The notes beneath the pieces were generated by a model. That model had not been told where the DNA came from. It searched no databases and saw only the letters and a list, made by a program, of their open reading frames with translations. 64,000 bases of DNA, taken from assembly GCA_046563655.1 (NCBI GenBank), contig CM102285.1, forward strand, positions 682,001 to 746,000. The letters run 5' to 3'. The stretch comes from Yuukianura sp. NJ FZ-2021 (Eukaryota). Below, piece by piece: positions 25,151 through 38,099 of this stretch. A program made the position numbers and the translations under genes. Within the stretch, counting starts at the first letter, position 1. Each line of letters starts with the position of its first letter.

Positions 25151-26821
25151 ACTTTTTAATTGTTTTGGCTTTTGGTGTCAAGGCACTGCTGAGCCCATAT
25201 TACTACCTCCTGTAAAAGCGAAATCTACACTGAAGAGCAAGCAGGTATAGGAATTGGCTTTTGTGTTTTTTGTAAAGTGATATTCGCAGAAGCAAAAAAA
25301 ACTTATTCAGCAGGCAGATGCAAACCTTTGCAAAAGTAGTTGCGCAAAGACTCAAAGGTTTTTAGATTTGCGAAAGTTGTGGCATCGACTCTTCTTGTTT
25401 TGGCTGTTGACTATAACGGACAGTCTTTTCTCTGTGACTATCAAAAATAGATTTTTCCTTGGAAAAGTAAGAAAATCTTACTCACAGTTGAGAAAAAAAC
25501 GAGAACCAGTTCTAAATTTACTTCTTGTTTAGTAAAATTTCAATTGAAGGACAAAAAACATGAGGGAGAAAAGATTGCAAAAAATTTCTTAAAACTTCAA
25601 ACACAAAGTAAGTCCTAAAAAGCTAACTTTTAAGTTACATTAGAACATAAAACATGAAAAGAGTTTTAATTTTAACATTAGAATGAGTGGACTTTTTTTT
25701 GCAAACTTGCAAAAATTTTAGTTATGTCATCTGTAAAGTCATGCATGGCTAGCCATCTTATGATTTCAATTTGCTGAAACTCCCATGACGCTTCTTTTTA
25801 ATGAGAATCCGGCAGTAAATTTCATTTTCAATTTGCAATTTCAGGGTCATGCACTCAAAACTGTTTTGTGAGGAGCAATTTCCAGTTTGATTAACATTCC
25901 AATGCATAAAGTTAGAGTTAAAGTTAAAGTTACCTTAACTTCGCACTAACTTTTGCGTAATCAAGAGTCTAATCAAGTTTCTAGTGTAGTAAAAAAAGTT
26001 TAGTCACTTTAGTAGTTCCAGGAAGTCGTGCTTCAACACTTAATTTTTAGTTCTCCAAAAATTATTCGGTGACGTGAGTTGATAATCTCTTTTTGCGATA
26101 AATTGTGCTAAAGTTAGCAAAAACTGAAAATATAAAAAAAAAAACGCCGTCACGACTTTTGGTATTGATTTTTTCTTTGTGAGTTGAAGATAGAAGTGAT
26201 AACCCAAATTTATTATTGGTTTAGCCCACTTTGCAATGTCGGAGGTCAAAAGTCTAAAAAATACAATAGAAAAAGTTGCTAAATCTTCCTGTTCTGTTAC
26301 TCATATCAGATGTATGAAAAGTGAGGTCAAATTCCAAAATTACTTTTAAAAAGGTATTTTAAAGCACGTTTTTCACGCCTACAAGTTGAGTCAACATCCT
26401 TCTCAACTTCCAGCTAGTTTTCACTGCTCCAACAGCTTAAGTTACAATTTTATGAACCAAAAAAGAGTTCAAAATTTTGAAACACTTAAAAGATTAAAAT
26501 AAAAAGCAAACTATAAGACAGCCTAACGTCCACTTCACTGAAGCTAAAGTTCTTGACAGTAAACAACACATTTTTTCAAACTAAACTGGAACTAAAAACT
26601 TCAAAACCGGGACTGTTTTTGGTTTAACTTTGAAAACGATTTAGTTAGTCCAAGTTTTAGTCCAAAACGGTAAGCTAATTATCATGCTAATGAAATTGGA
26701 GAATGCCAAAAGTCACCTTGAATTGTCATCGCAAATTCATAATTCATAAACCATTTCTGAGAAAAAAAACTCATTTATAATTCCAGATCGATGCTTCAAA
26801 GAACAGCTTACCACAGTAGCT

Positions 26822-26958
26822 GAAGAGTCAAAATTGACTCAACCTCGAAGAGTCAAAATTGAGTCAAGCTCGAAGAATCAAAATTGAGTCAAACTCGAAG
26901 AATCAAAATTGAGTCAAACTCGAAGAGTCAAACTTGAGTCAAAGTCAAAGAGTCAAAA
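26822..26958. repeat. 25-bp tandem repeat, about 5.5 units
   Basis: Unit approximately GAAGAGTCAAAATTGAGTCAAACTC. Confidence 0.9.
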
Positions 26959-26979
26959 CTTTGGAAAAACACGCCGACT

Positions 26980-27441
26980 ATGACCAGAATCCAGTTGCAC
27001 TTCGTATCGATTGCTGTCGTTTTAGTTTTATTTTTGGCTCCTTTTCATGTTTGGAGTCAAGGAGTGAAAGACTATGGAGATGATTGTGACGCAAGTAAAA
27101 GTCACGGAAACAATAATGACGCAGACAAATGCAACGCCAACAGAGGGCTCTACTGCAATCCAGCAGTAAGGGAATGCAAATGTGCAATTTCAGATGCTTA
27201 CTATCAGCAAGGAAAGTGTCGTGCCAAGATGAACAAGCCTTGTGGTGCAATGGATGGGTTCCTTTTAGAGTGTGTTAAGAACGGCGTCTGTTCGAACGCA
27301 ACCGTCGGAGGAGTTTGTGGCTGCAAAGAAGGATTTTTAGCTAACGACGAAGGAACGGCATGCTACAGCTCTGCGACAAATTCAGTTCCTGCCATCATTT
27401 TAATTTCTGCAATTTTGATGGCACTTTTAACGCAAAAATGA
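26980..27441 (+). CDS. Small Cys-rich secreted or GPI-anchored protein (EB-module-like), single exon
   Basis: Hydrophobic N-terminal signal, about 12 Cys with EGF/EB-like spacing, and small residues followed by a hydrophobic C-terminus. Confidence 0.8.
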   Translation: MTRIQLHFVSIAVVLVLFLAPFHVWSQGVKDYGDDCDASKSHGNNNDADKCNANRGLYCNPAVRECKCAISDAYYQQGKCRAKMNKPCGAMDGFLLECVKNGVCSNATVGGVCGCKEGFLANDEGTACYSSATNSVPAIILISAILMALLTQK

Positions 27442-27681
27442 ATTTTTAGTTGAAAATGTTTAGCGCCATTTCTGTTTTCTGTTGGTTGAAAAGCGCAGGA
27501 ACAGAACTGATTTATGTAAAGTAATCAGAAAATAGCTTTTAGAGTTTTGACTTTCGAAATTTAAATTTTCTTTAGAATTAATGTACACAAATTAGACCAA
27601 TTCAGTATTTAGGTTTCTGCGGTGTATTTCTTTCACTTAACATGACAACTTAACCCACCTTGCCATTGTCCAGTTCCACTA

Positions 27682-27695
27682 GTTACCATGGTAAC
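27682..27695. promoter_or_regulatory. Perfect palindromic RFX X-box-like motif
   Basis: GTTACCATGGTAAC; target gene unknown. Confidence 0.35.
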
Positions 27696-28116
27696 TGCTG
27701 CAGTAGTTAGGTCATACAGTTAACCTAATTGTTAGTGAACAAAGTTAGTTAATAGTTAATTACATTTAGTATATTTTTAGTTTAATTATGATTAGTTTTA
27801 ATTACGAATAGACTTACTAGAAAATACATCGAGGTTAGCTAAAAATTCAAGCATATTTTTTGTAGTTTTAATATTTAAATTAGTGTGATTCAGATCTCGT
27901 TCCTACAAATAAAATTTCAGGCAGGTTTCTAAAACTAAAATTTTCAAAATGTTATCTTTTTTGAAAAAAGGTCTGTTACGTTTCCGTATTTCACGTTTTT
28001 GCATTTCTTTGAACCACGCCGATATTAACATATAGGTGATAACTTGTTTAACAAAATCCAATGTATTTTCTAAAATACCAAAATTTTCCGTTAATTTTGA
28101 AAAGTTTTGAAAAAGT

Positions 28117-29709
28117 TCAAAATTGTGAAAGTTCAAAGGTCAGGAGAAGGTTGATTGAGCTGGAGAGGTTGAAGTTAATTGAAGTGAGGACAGTGGAGCG
28201 TTTAACAATGAAGAAATTCCCAACACAAATCTGAATTGGGCGTAGACTTGTAACGGTTTTATGCAGAAACCGCTTTTCGGATCGACTCAGCGTACCGTTT
28301 CGGGTTTCGGTACGGCCGCTAATGAGCGACTCGTTGCTCACATTTTGAAGTAACTTTTTTGAACAGACTGTCGCCAGTGAACTAAAACTTAAGCAGATAT
28401 GAATCAAGACTTGGGCCATGACGCCTAGCATGAGCACTGAGCATGCGCCTGGGATGCCCAGGGTTTTGTAGTACTTCATGAAAACGTAACTACTCAAAAT
28501 GGAAATGATGCTGCAGAACCCAAATCCTGCAGCAACAAGGCGATCGGTTGATTTGTATTGGAGGAGGTTGATAAAACAAATTTTACGGTACTGAATTATT
28601 TTGCACATTTTTGCGGCGACTGGAATCCGCAATCCGAGGTTTAGTCGTACCTCTTTCAACTGGTTCTTGTCTGTGTCGTTGGTTCTGCAAATTCAGAGTT
28701 TTAGATATTATTGTGAGGAGAAATGAGACCCGATAGAAATTTTTGGCGCGAAACTAAAATTCAAAACAGTGAGTGCTAGCTTACCAGAAAAAATGGCAGT
28801 AAGTTTTCTGATTCCCACGTTTTTGAATTTTGCACCAAAAATTTTCATGTTGTCTCACCTTGCCCCAAAAATTTGTAAAATTTACTTACCCATTGACGTA
28901 CTTTGTCCAGTACAGCATAGAATTAGCGCTGCCAACAATCAAAAAGTTATAAAAGTTGGCAATAGTGAAATAGGCTGAAGCGAAAACAAATTCTACCGCT
29001 TCGTAGATCAAAAGATAAGCCCAATTTTTCCCGCCAAGGTAACTACACAAATTTTGAGTTCCCAATTTCCGGTAATACATGTACGGATAAAAGGAGAGGA
29101 GAAATAAAGCTGTCACTCCTGTATAGAATTTAACGTACAATTCCAAACCGTCTTTCACCTTACTCGATTTGAGTCCCCTTGCTACGACAAATGAAACGAA
29201 ACTTAAAATTTTGAACTTTTGAATTATTTTTTGAAAAACTTACCACAATTTTGGTTGAGAGTGACAACGTAGTTGAAGAGAGCGGGAACGTCGTCTACGT
29301 AGACCACTGTGTTCAAATGAAAAACCATACCAAAGGTTAAGCTTAAACTTACCAAAAGTTCAAGCGTTTTGACCTGACTCGAAGCCGTAGACATTTGAAT
29401 ATAGTAAAATAAAATACATGTTTTGGTACAAGTAAACAGAACTCCAATGACTACAAACACTTTCCATAATCTCCATTGTAGACCGTGTCGACATTCTAGC
29501 CTAATTTGAAAATGGCGCTCGCCGATTGGCTGGCCCGACTTTTGCAGATCGCTGATTGGTTGATTTGACTTCTGAAGATCCCTGATTGGTTGGTTTTGCT
29601 GCAGCGAATTGCTTGTGGCTGAGAAGTGGCACTTGTAGGGAAGAAATCCCACACGAGATCCAAATTGACAAACTTGTCCAATATGTTTCAACGTCGCCGG
29701 AGAAAACAT
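28117..29709 (-). CDS. Multi-pass membrane protein, putative GR/OR-superfamily chemoreceptor (3 exons)
   Basis: Three spliceable hydrophobic ORFs. C-terminus SLRPIQICVGNFFIVKRSTVLTSINFNLSSSINLLL resembles 7TM chemoreceptor ends. The family assignment is inferred. Confidence 0.65.
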
Positions 29710-30419
29710 TTCCACCCAAATTTTTAAATTTGTTAAAAAAAAATTTTCAAAATTTTGTGATGAACTGCAGTGTACCGCGCGGTGCTCGAATACATCCAAG
29801 CTTGTGTGACTCTGCTTTTGTTTTTTCCAAAAAGTCAATGCGAACGCTACACAACTTTAAGTACTGCCAAGTTTCTTAAAATACCACCAATAATTGACTT
29901 CGCAAACGTTTTCAAGCAAACCAATTTTATTTGTTTATCAAAATTTCAGAAGAAAATGAAAATGGGAGGGAAAGTGGTAAAATTTTAAACCAAATTTCCA
30001 AATTGATTTTGATTTGACAGATAAAGTCACTCGTAATTGTGTTTTTTGAAACAAACATATTGCTCAACAACCGTTTTAAAATAAACAACTGACTTTCCGA
30101 AATTTTGTAAACGTTTTGTTTAAGTTTTTCGGAATCTAGCAAATTGCAAAATACTGCAATTTTGAGTATAATTTTGTGGATACAGCTTTCTGAGATGAGT
30201 TCGAAACGTCATAATTTTTATTATTAACTAGAAAAAGTAGTTTGCTTACTTTATATTTTCCCCCGAGTCTGTCGGTCTGACTGTCTGTCTGTCTGGTGGT
30301 CACTATTAACTCTAAATCAACTGAACCAACTTTTAAGCTGTTTTCACTTATGGAAATTGTTTGGTGGGAATTAATCGGTTTCCCCTTTGACCGGAAATGC
30401 ACAGCTTCCATGTCAAATG

Positions 30420-30928
30420 TGTGGGGTGTGTGACTAGGCCAGTCACACGGAGGATAGCAAAGTCTGGTTGTTTACCTCTAGTGGGCCAGGAGGTAGCCAT
30501 GGTGCAGTGGACAACACTGCCAACCTTACTTTTGCTTCTTCACATGTGGGGACCTCAGACGGGTTTCGATTCCCCCGTGGCCAAGAAAATTTTTCTTGTC
30601 ATACCCTAGCCTGAGCCGGGTTGACCATTGACTGCTGGACAGCAGAATAGGTAACTGTCTTTAAGACGCTACGTCCCGAGAGCCTACTCCCCTTCCCCGA
30701 CTTTATTAGTCCGACCCAACTGATAAGGTGCTCTGCTTGTCCAGTGTGATAGTGGGAGCTTGAAGGTTGAGACCTGGGGTCCAGGTCTTAATGTGCGGGG
30801 GCCTGTGGGGTGTGTGACTAGGCCAGTCACACGGAGGATAGCAAAGTCTGGTTGTTTACCTCTAGTGGGCCAGGAGGTAGCCATGGTGCAGTGGACAACA
30901 CTGCCAACCTTACTTTTGCTTCCTCACA
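30420..30928 (+). mobile_element. tRNA-headed SINE-like or TRIM-like element with 125-bp terminal direct repeats
   Basis: 30420-30544 equals 30804-30928 with one mismatch, ends TGT...ACA. A-box TGGTGCAGTGG and B-box-like GGTTTCGATTCC. Confidence 0.7.
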
Positions 30929-31177
30929 AATATGAAGGTCACATACGGACATTGACAAATTGTCTGTACAAAAGTTCATTGCGTCGACTCAAAAAATTTG
31001 TATGGGTGACCTGACCTTTGACCTACCTTTTTGAAGGAATCACAGTAACCCTCTTAAGTTTTTCATTTTTACATGTTTATTTCGCTACTTCTTTACGCCG
31101 GTTTATTATTTTTGTGTAACTTTTCTGTGAATTTGTTCTGCTTTTTAAAAATCCCAAAAAATTTACTGAAACATAAG

Positions 31178-34100
31178 TCAAACCAAAGTGTTTGAAAGTT
31201 CTTGCGTTGTAGAATTTGACAGAGGCTGCGCAGACGCCTGAGGGGTTTCACGAGGGTGTGCGGCGCTAGCTGGACTTTGAATGGTTCTGGACTGCTGTAA
31301 TTTAAACTCTGGGAATTCAAAATCTAGAAGCTCCAGAGAAGTTTTGATGCGGTTGAACACATCTCGTTCCTTAAAATCAAAATCTTGAGTTTTTGAACCA
31401 AGAATTTTTGAAATTTTGAAATTTTCGAAAGTGAAGCCTTACTTCCTCCTCAATTTTGATTTCGTTGTCGTCATAGTACTTGGCAGCTTCCAGAAGGTTT
31501 TTATGAGCATCTTCAAATTTTTTGTGATTTGCAAGTGAAATGGCATAGTTCAAATAGAGTTTAAACGGGTCCGTTGTTGCGTGAAGTTTGTTCAATCTAA
31601 GTGCCTGGTCATAGGCTTCCTTCGCATGCTCAATGTCATCCAGATGACTAATGGCAACTAGTAACCAAAATTTAGAAAAAAAAAGTTTTTCGAAATTGTG
31701 AAATTTATGTTTTCGAAAATCTTACTTGCAATGAGCATGTAGTTGTGACTTTGATCTGGTTTGAGATTAATTGCTGCTGTTAGAAAGTGAAATGCCGAAG
31801 CGTACTGCTGCATGTGCAGATGCACTAGACCCAAATTGTGCAAAATTTTCCAGTCAAAAGCACACAAGTAGTTGGCTTTCTTGAGGCAACTTATGGCCTA
31901 TAATTACAAAAAGAAAAATTGAAACATTTCAAAATTTCAGAAATTTAAAAAAAAAATCCAAAATTTTGAAACTTACCGCCACGTATTTCTTTTTGCCAAA
32001 ATAGCACATGCCGATGTTGTTCCAGAGAGAAGCGGAGTCTGGAATAGACTGAGTTGCGTTTTTGTATTTTCCGAGGGCGTAGTCATAGTCCTCATATGTC
32101 TAAAATTTAAAAAAACTTTTTTTTTAAATTTGAAAATTTTTGAAAACCAAAACTGTAAACAAAATTTCAAATTTTGAGATGTTAAAGAATTCGTAGGCAT
32201 CGCCGTAAAGCCGTTGTTGTTTTTATACAAAGTTTTTATTTTTCTCAACTTAACTTAATATTATTTCAGATTTTGACCCGGTTTTGTAAAATTTGAGCTT
32301 TGGGTTTCAAAATTTCTAAAATTTTGAAAGTTCAAAGGTCAGCAGAAGGTCAATCAAGCAGGAGAGATTGAAATCAATCGAAGTGAGGAGACTAGAGCGC
32401 TCCAGAACAAAGAAATTCCCAATGCAAATCAGAATTGGCCGAAGACTGCCAACGGTCTTGCGTAGAAACAGCGCTTCGGATCGACTCAGACTACCGTTTC
32501 GGCGTTCGGTTTTCCCGGATCGAGTTGGAATACCGTTTCTGGTACCGTTCTCACTTTCCCCCGTCATTGCCAACTCCTGTATAAGACTTGCAAGCAACTT
32601 GTTTGAACTGTGTGTCGTCAAAATGCCGGCAGTCATGCAGACGACAATGATGACTTGCGACATAACAGCAATGATGAGGACTGAGCCTGCGCCTTGGACA
32701 CCAAGAGTGTCGTAGTACTTCATGACAACGTAGCTACTCACGATAAACAGGGCGGAACAGTACACAAGTCCTGAGACAATGAGGAAGCTACGGATGGATT
32801 TTACATAAAGGAGGTTGATCAATCCGATTTTTCGGTACTGGATTATCCTCCAGAGTTTCCTGGCAACTGGAATCCGAAATCCGAGGTTTAGCCGCACCTT
32901 TTCCAAATCAAAGTCGGCGATTTCCCTTGTTCTAAAATTAAAAATAGTAAAAAAAAATATTAAACAAACAAGCATAAAGCTAATTATTATAATAATTATC
33001 GTAGTGTTATTAATACAAAATTATAATTATAATAATATATTATAAAATTATAATTCGGTATACCGATTGGATATCGAAATAAAAAATGTACTGTAAATTA
33101 GCCGTTGTAAGCATAGTACAGAAGTAGCGAAAAGAGCACAAAGACTTGTGAAGTAACACTAATACGTTTACAGCAATAGGTCAAAGGAGGTCAAAGGTCA
33201 AGGTCACTAGTACTTAACGTTTGCCTCAACTAAAGATACTACAGACAGACACAAAAACAGACAGACAGAACGAAAGACAAGATAAACCAGATACAGACTG
33301 CGCAAGCACTGCGCAAGCACTGCGCAAGCACTGCGCAAGCACTGCGCAAACTGCGCAAGCACTGCGCAAGCACTGCGCAAACTGCGCAAGCACTGCGCAA
33401 ACTGCGCAAGCACTGCGCAAGCACTGCGCAAGCACTGCGCAAGCACTGCGCAAGCACTGCGCAAGCAATGCGCAAGCAATGCGCAAGCAATGCGCTAGCA
33501 ATGCGCAAGCAATGCGCTAGCAATGCGCAAGCAATGCGCAAGCAATGCGCAAGCACTGCGCAAGCATAACTTTTCATGATCGGATCACCGTGATCCGGCA
33601 TTATGTATACGAACATTACGTTTTTGTTTTGCATAAATTTTGGCCTACATTATGCTTACCGAGTGACGAATTCGATCCAGTAGAGCATAGAATTTGCGGC
33701 GCCAACAACCATAAAGTTATAAAACGTCGCAAGTGTGAAATAGGCCGAACAAATGAAAAATTCGACCACTTGGTAAGTCAATCGAATAAATTCATTTTCC
33801 CCGCCAACGTATGTATACAAATTTTTAATTTCCGATTTCCGGTTGTACATGAACGGATAAAAGGACACGAGAAATAGAAGTGTCACTCCCGTGTAGAATC
33901 TGACGTAAAGTTCCAAACCGTCTTTCGCCTTATTTTGCTTGAGTCCACTTTCTACAAAAACAAACTTCAGTTTTTCATCAAATTTTAAAATTTTGAGTTT
34001 TTTTTAGACAAGCTTACTAAAACTTTGGTTGAGACTGATAACATAGTTGAACAAATCTGCCACTTCGTCTGTGTAAATGACCGTGTTAATGTGGAAAACC

Positions 34101-36380
34101 ATACCATAGGTTATGCCCACTACCATGAACAATTCCAGTGCTTTTTTCTGACTTGATGCTTAAGATGTTTGAATATAGTACACCAAAACTACTGTTTTGA
34201 GACAACTAAACAAAATTCCAATGACTACGAACATCTTCCATAGCGTCCATTGGAAACCGCGCCGACGCTCTAGCCTAATTTGAAAATGGCGCTCTCTGAT
34301 TGGTTGATTTGGTTTTTGGAGTTCGCTGATTGGTTGCTTTTGTTCCTGAGAATTGGTTGAGATGAATTTGTAAGGAATAAATCCCATGCGACATCCGAAC
34401 TTACAGACTTGACCAACATGGTTCAGCGTCGCTGTTGAGAACATTTTTAAACGAATTCCTACGTCTGTCTATTCAATTTGAAACGCACTGTACATTTAAA
34501 CGTACACAAACTAAAATACACCACGGTTTTATAAATTTCTATTTCCGTAATTGACTAACTTTCGTAAACATTCTTAAACTGTAACAATGATGTTTAGTTT
34601 TAGAAAGTTTTAGGAGGAAATGTCTCTAGTTTGTCCAAAATTTTGAAAGAAATTTAATAAAGTGGTTTTGATTTCGCCGAAAAGTGGTTCGTATTTGACT
34701 TTTCTAAACAACCACTTCAAAATAAATATTGGTTTTCAAAATTAATTTCAAATTCGGGTAACTTTTGAAAAAAGAATCGGCATGTTTGGAAATCACTTTT
34801 GAAAAGTTATGATTTGGTATGTTCAGAAATCAAAAACAAAAATTTGAGCAATTTTTCAACTATTTTGTCCAATTTCTTATTGCTGTTCCAATTTTTGAAC
34901 AATTTTCAAACGCTCTTAGGTGAACTCTAAATATATTGACTCTCAGAATTATTTTCTGAAACGTTTGGTGGCAATTTGAAGTAAAATATTTGTTTTTCAA
35001 GACTTTTTGACGTGAATTTTTTACGCGTGCGTGTGAGCAAGTTTTGACGCATGACGTACCTGCATCATTGATGCCATGGCAACAATTGCTTTACAGTTTG
35101 TCGGTTCAAATGCTAAAGCTGTACTGAGCTTTCCAAAGGAAACCGGATCTCTGCCAGCCTTCATGTACAGAACGCCGAGGTGGCTCAACAAGTCTGCATT
35201 TTCCGGAAAAATCCTGAACGGAAAAACCAAAATTTAGAAAAATTTTGAAAAGAAAGTAAGGAATTTTTATAGAAAAGATTTTTTTTTTGAAATTGTTACT
35301 TGACAGCTCTTTCGTAGATTGTGATTGCTTCGAGAATGCTGTCACGTGTGAGAGCAATTTGCGCTAAAACTTGAAATGCTTCATGTGATACTCTCGCTTG
35401 CAGCGATAGATTCATATGGTCACGTGCTTTCGTTAGATCATGCATGTACAGGTAACATAAGCCCATGTTGTAGTGCGTCTCCCAATCAGCGTCGTCGCTA
35501 AGTTGGAGCGATTTGTGGTAAGCGTTCACTGCCAACTTGTGACGACCGAGTAAAAACCTGATACATTTGAAAATATGAAATTTTGAAGTTTGATTTTGTA
35601 AAATCCTTGTTTGAAATTTTGGTAAACCCACAATGATCTCGCAATTTGTCTAATGGTGTCCACGTTTTTTGGTTCAAGATGATGACAGACTTGGAGTCGA
35701 TCCAAACTCTCTTGCATTTTCCCTTCATTTCGAAAGATGAGCGCCTGTGGTAGAAATTTACATTAGTTTGAACTAACCTTGTTACGGTCAAAGGTCAAAT
35801 GAGAATTCAAAAATACCGGGAAAGTAAAACTTACCAAAATGTAGTTGGCGTATTCCGAGTTTCCGTTGAGACGCTGAAGTTCTTCATGAATGATGGCTTT
35901 GCATGTATCAAATTCCTTCCGCACGTAGTGAAGATGTATAAGCCAATTCTTACAAGCGGGATGTTTGAAATCAACTTTTAGTATATAAAAAACATGTACA
36001 TTTAAGTATAAATTAATACATTTTAGTAACTCAAAACACAACTGAACATTCCAAAACCAGGTTGCTATAGCCCCCATTTATACAAATGCACCAACAGGTT
36101 ATGCCATAACTCCGATTTTAAAAAAAAAACGAAAAAAAATAACTTTTGTACCACTTTGGTTTGTTTTTACTATAACTTTTTGAAATTTGTTAATTTTCAC
36201 GTTGGTGAGTCATAGTTTTGAATTTCTAAACAACGGAGCCGCGTCAAATGTGCGGTTCAAAAAATTTAAAAAGTTGAGAAAATGAGTTACGGTATAACCT
36301 GTTAGGAAAAAAACAAAATTTCGATTGAAACTACCTTGTTCCAAAACAAAAGTAACAAAATCTCACCTTTTTTGTACATA
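31178..36380 (-). CDS. BBS4: Bardet-Biedl syndrome 4 protein (TPR BBSome subunit); 5' end uncertain, may extend to ~36579
   Basis: [97 protein letters not shown]. Confidence 0.93.
32316..34444 (-). pseudogene. Chemoreceptor-like gene nested in a BBS4 intron; in-frame TAA at 34160-34162
   Basis: Paralog of 28117-29709 with the same three exons. QTS*ASSQ aligns with QMSTASSQ and the frame continues past the stop. Confidence 0.7.
33298..33566. repeat. 11-bp tandem repeat (CTGCGCAAGCA / ATGCGCAAGCA)
   Basis: About 25 units, with some 9-bp variants. Confidence 0.95.
36093..36303. mobile_element. MITE-like element in a BBS4 5' intron
   Basis: AACAGGTTATGCCATAACTC / GAGTTACGGTATAACCTGTT inverted ends. 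Confidence 0.6.
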
Positions 36381-36841
36381 GATCTCAAATTTGGTTTGGT
36401 ATTTGTAATATTAGAAGTTATAGAAGTTGCAGAGTAGTTTGGTTGTGCAGAAGATTGTAATTGGAGAAATTTGTTTACAGGAGAGGGTAAAATTCCTGCA
36501 GTAGGACTGGCTCCCCTGGCGATGCATCGAACACTGACGTCTTCTTTCCACCACCTCCACCACTATACTCAAATGCCATTTAGTATCAGATAGCAGACGG
36601 TGGTGATTAATTTAAATGTGGAATCGATTTCACATGAATAACAAATACACTTATAATTAACACAACCCACTACTACACTCTTATATAGCCAACTGTAAGA
36701 AAGAATAAGATATCAAATTGACAACTGACATGACACATTCACTTTTTTCAAACACAGTCACGAAACCCCAAAAACACATATAAAAAGTTCCAAACTTTGC
36801 GGACTTCTGGGCATGAATGTCAAATTTGTTGTCATTTTTAC

Positions 36842-36854
36842 GTTGCTAAGCAAC
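36842..36854. promoter_or_regulatory. RFX X-box upstream of BBS4
   Basis: GTTGCTAAGCAAC fits GTNRCY-N(0-3)-RGYAAC; ciliary BBS genes are known RFX targets. Confidence 0.65.
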
Positions 36855-38099
36855 GGTTGTTTCTATATTTGTATAGCCTTTATTCCAATAACCTAATCAG
36901 TATAAGCAGTAGATGGTAGGCAACATAACAAGAAAAAAAAATTTAGCACTCAAGTAGATACAAAAACTTAACTACACATTTAATACATCGACATGTTTAC
37001 AATAATTACAACACAAATTTTTAACAAACCTAAACAAATTTTTTCAAATCTCTAACGCCAATGATTTGCGGGGAAGTTTTGTGTTGATGCAGTTAGTGTT
37101 TATGTAAAATGTGTGTATGTAAAACTGGCTATGACACCGTACAATGCTAGTTTTTAAGATTTACTTTTCTAACAAATTTTTTTCTGGTTTCAACAAAATT
37201 TGGTAGAAAAAAATTTGTAACAAAAGCTCGTTTTTCCGCAATACAGACAATAAAGATCGAATTTAAATGTCACTAACATAAAAATGTCGCGTCAAAATTT
37301 GAATATCTAAAATAATTTGTCACATGCACCCGCATTAATTCTTGTCTTGAAAAGTACCATGTTATTTCCAATTTGGATTTTGAAATACTAAAAAATTGCT
37401 TCCATTTATAGACTTCCTCTGCCAATTGCCATTTCGAGACACAGCATTTTGTTTGTTCCGCTCTTATGATGACAGAATCTGTAAAAGGCATTGACTATTG
37501 CTCTCAGCTTCACCGGAGGACACAAACTGTGGCATCGTGACAAGTCACAAGTGACAGGATTTTGAAGTGGCCATTAACAATCCTTAGCATGCAATTGATG
37601 AGGATCGTTTGGTGGCTGCGATCTGGTCCAAACAAGGAATTGCACATGCGCACAACTCCATTTTCCTCCTAAGCGTCACTTCTCTTCAAAGACAATCGAC
37701 AATCTCAAGTGGACTTGCGAAAGTGATACAATTTTGAGTGCAGAGTGATTGAAACCAGTTTACCTTAGGTGTGTTAAAGTAAACACAAAATTAGGCTAGC
37801 TAACCTATCTTAACATTTGGAACAAAAAACTACGCATCAAAAAGTTTAATTTTATGTGGATAAATTTTTTTGGAATTTTGCAAAAAGTGTAGATTTTTAA
37901 AAAGTTTTGACAAAACACGCAGTTTTATTCTTGTCAGATGAAAGCAAAAGTTGGATTTTTGCAAAGTTCTAAGTAATTTCAGTATTTTTTGTAAGTTTGA
38001 ACGTTTGCGGAGTGTTGGATACAAAATTTGAAAAAAAAGTGTTTTGACCTTTGACCTCGTCAAAAAGAAGTTGACCTTTTGACCTTGGTCGGTGCAGAC

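Noticed and set aside
26822-26958. CRISPR-like array
   Set aside because: Contiguous repeats with no unique spacers, in a eukaryotic context.
33207-33634. Cys/Ala-rich ORFs on both strands
   Set aside because: Translation of the 11-bp tandem repeat.
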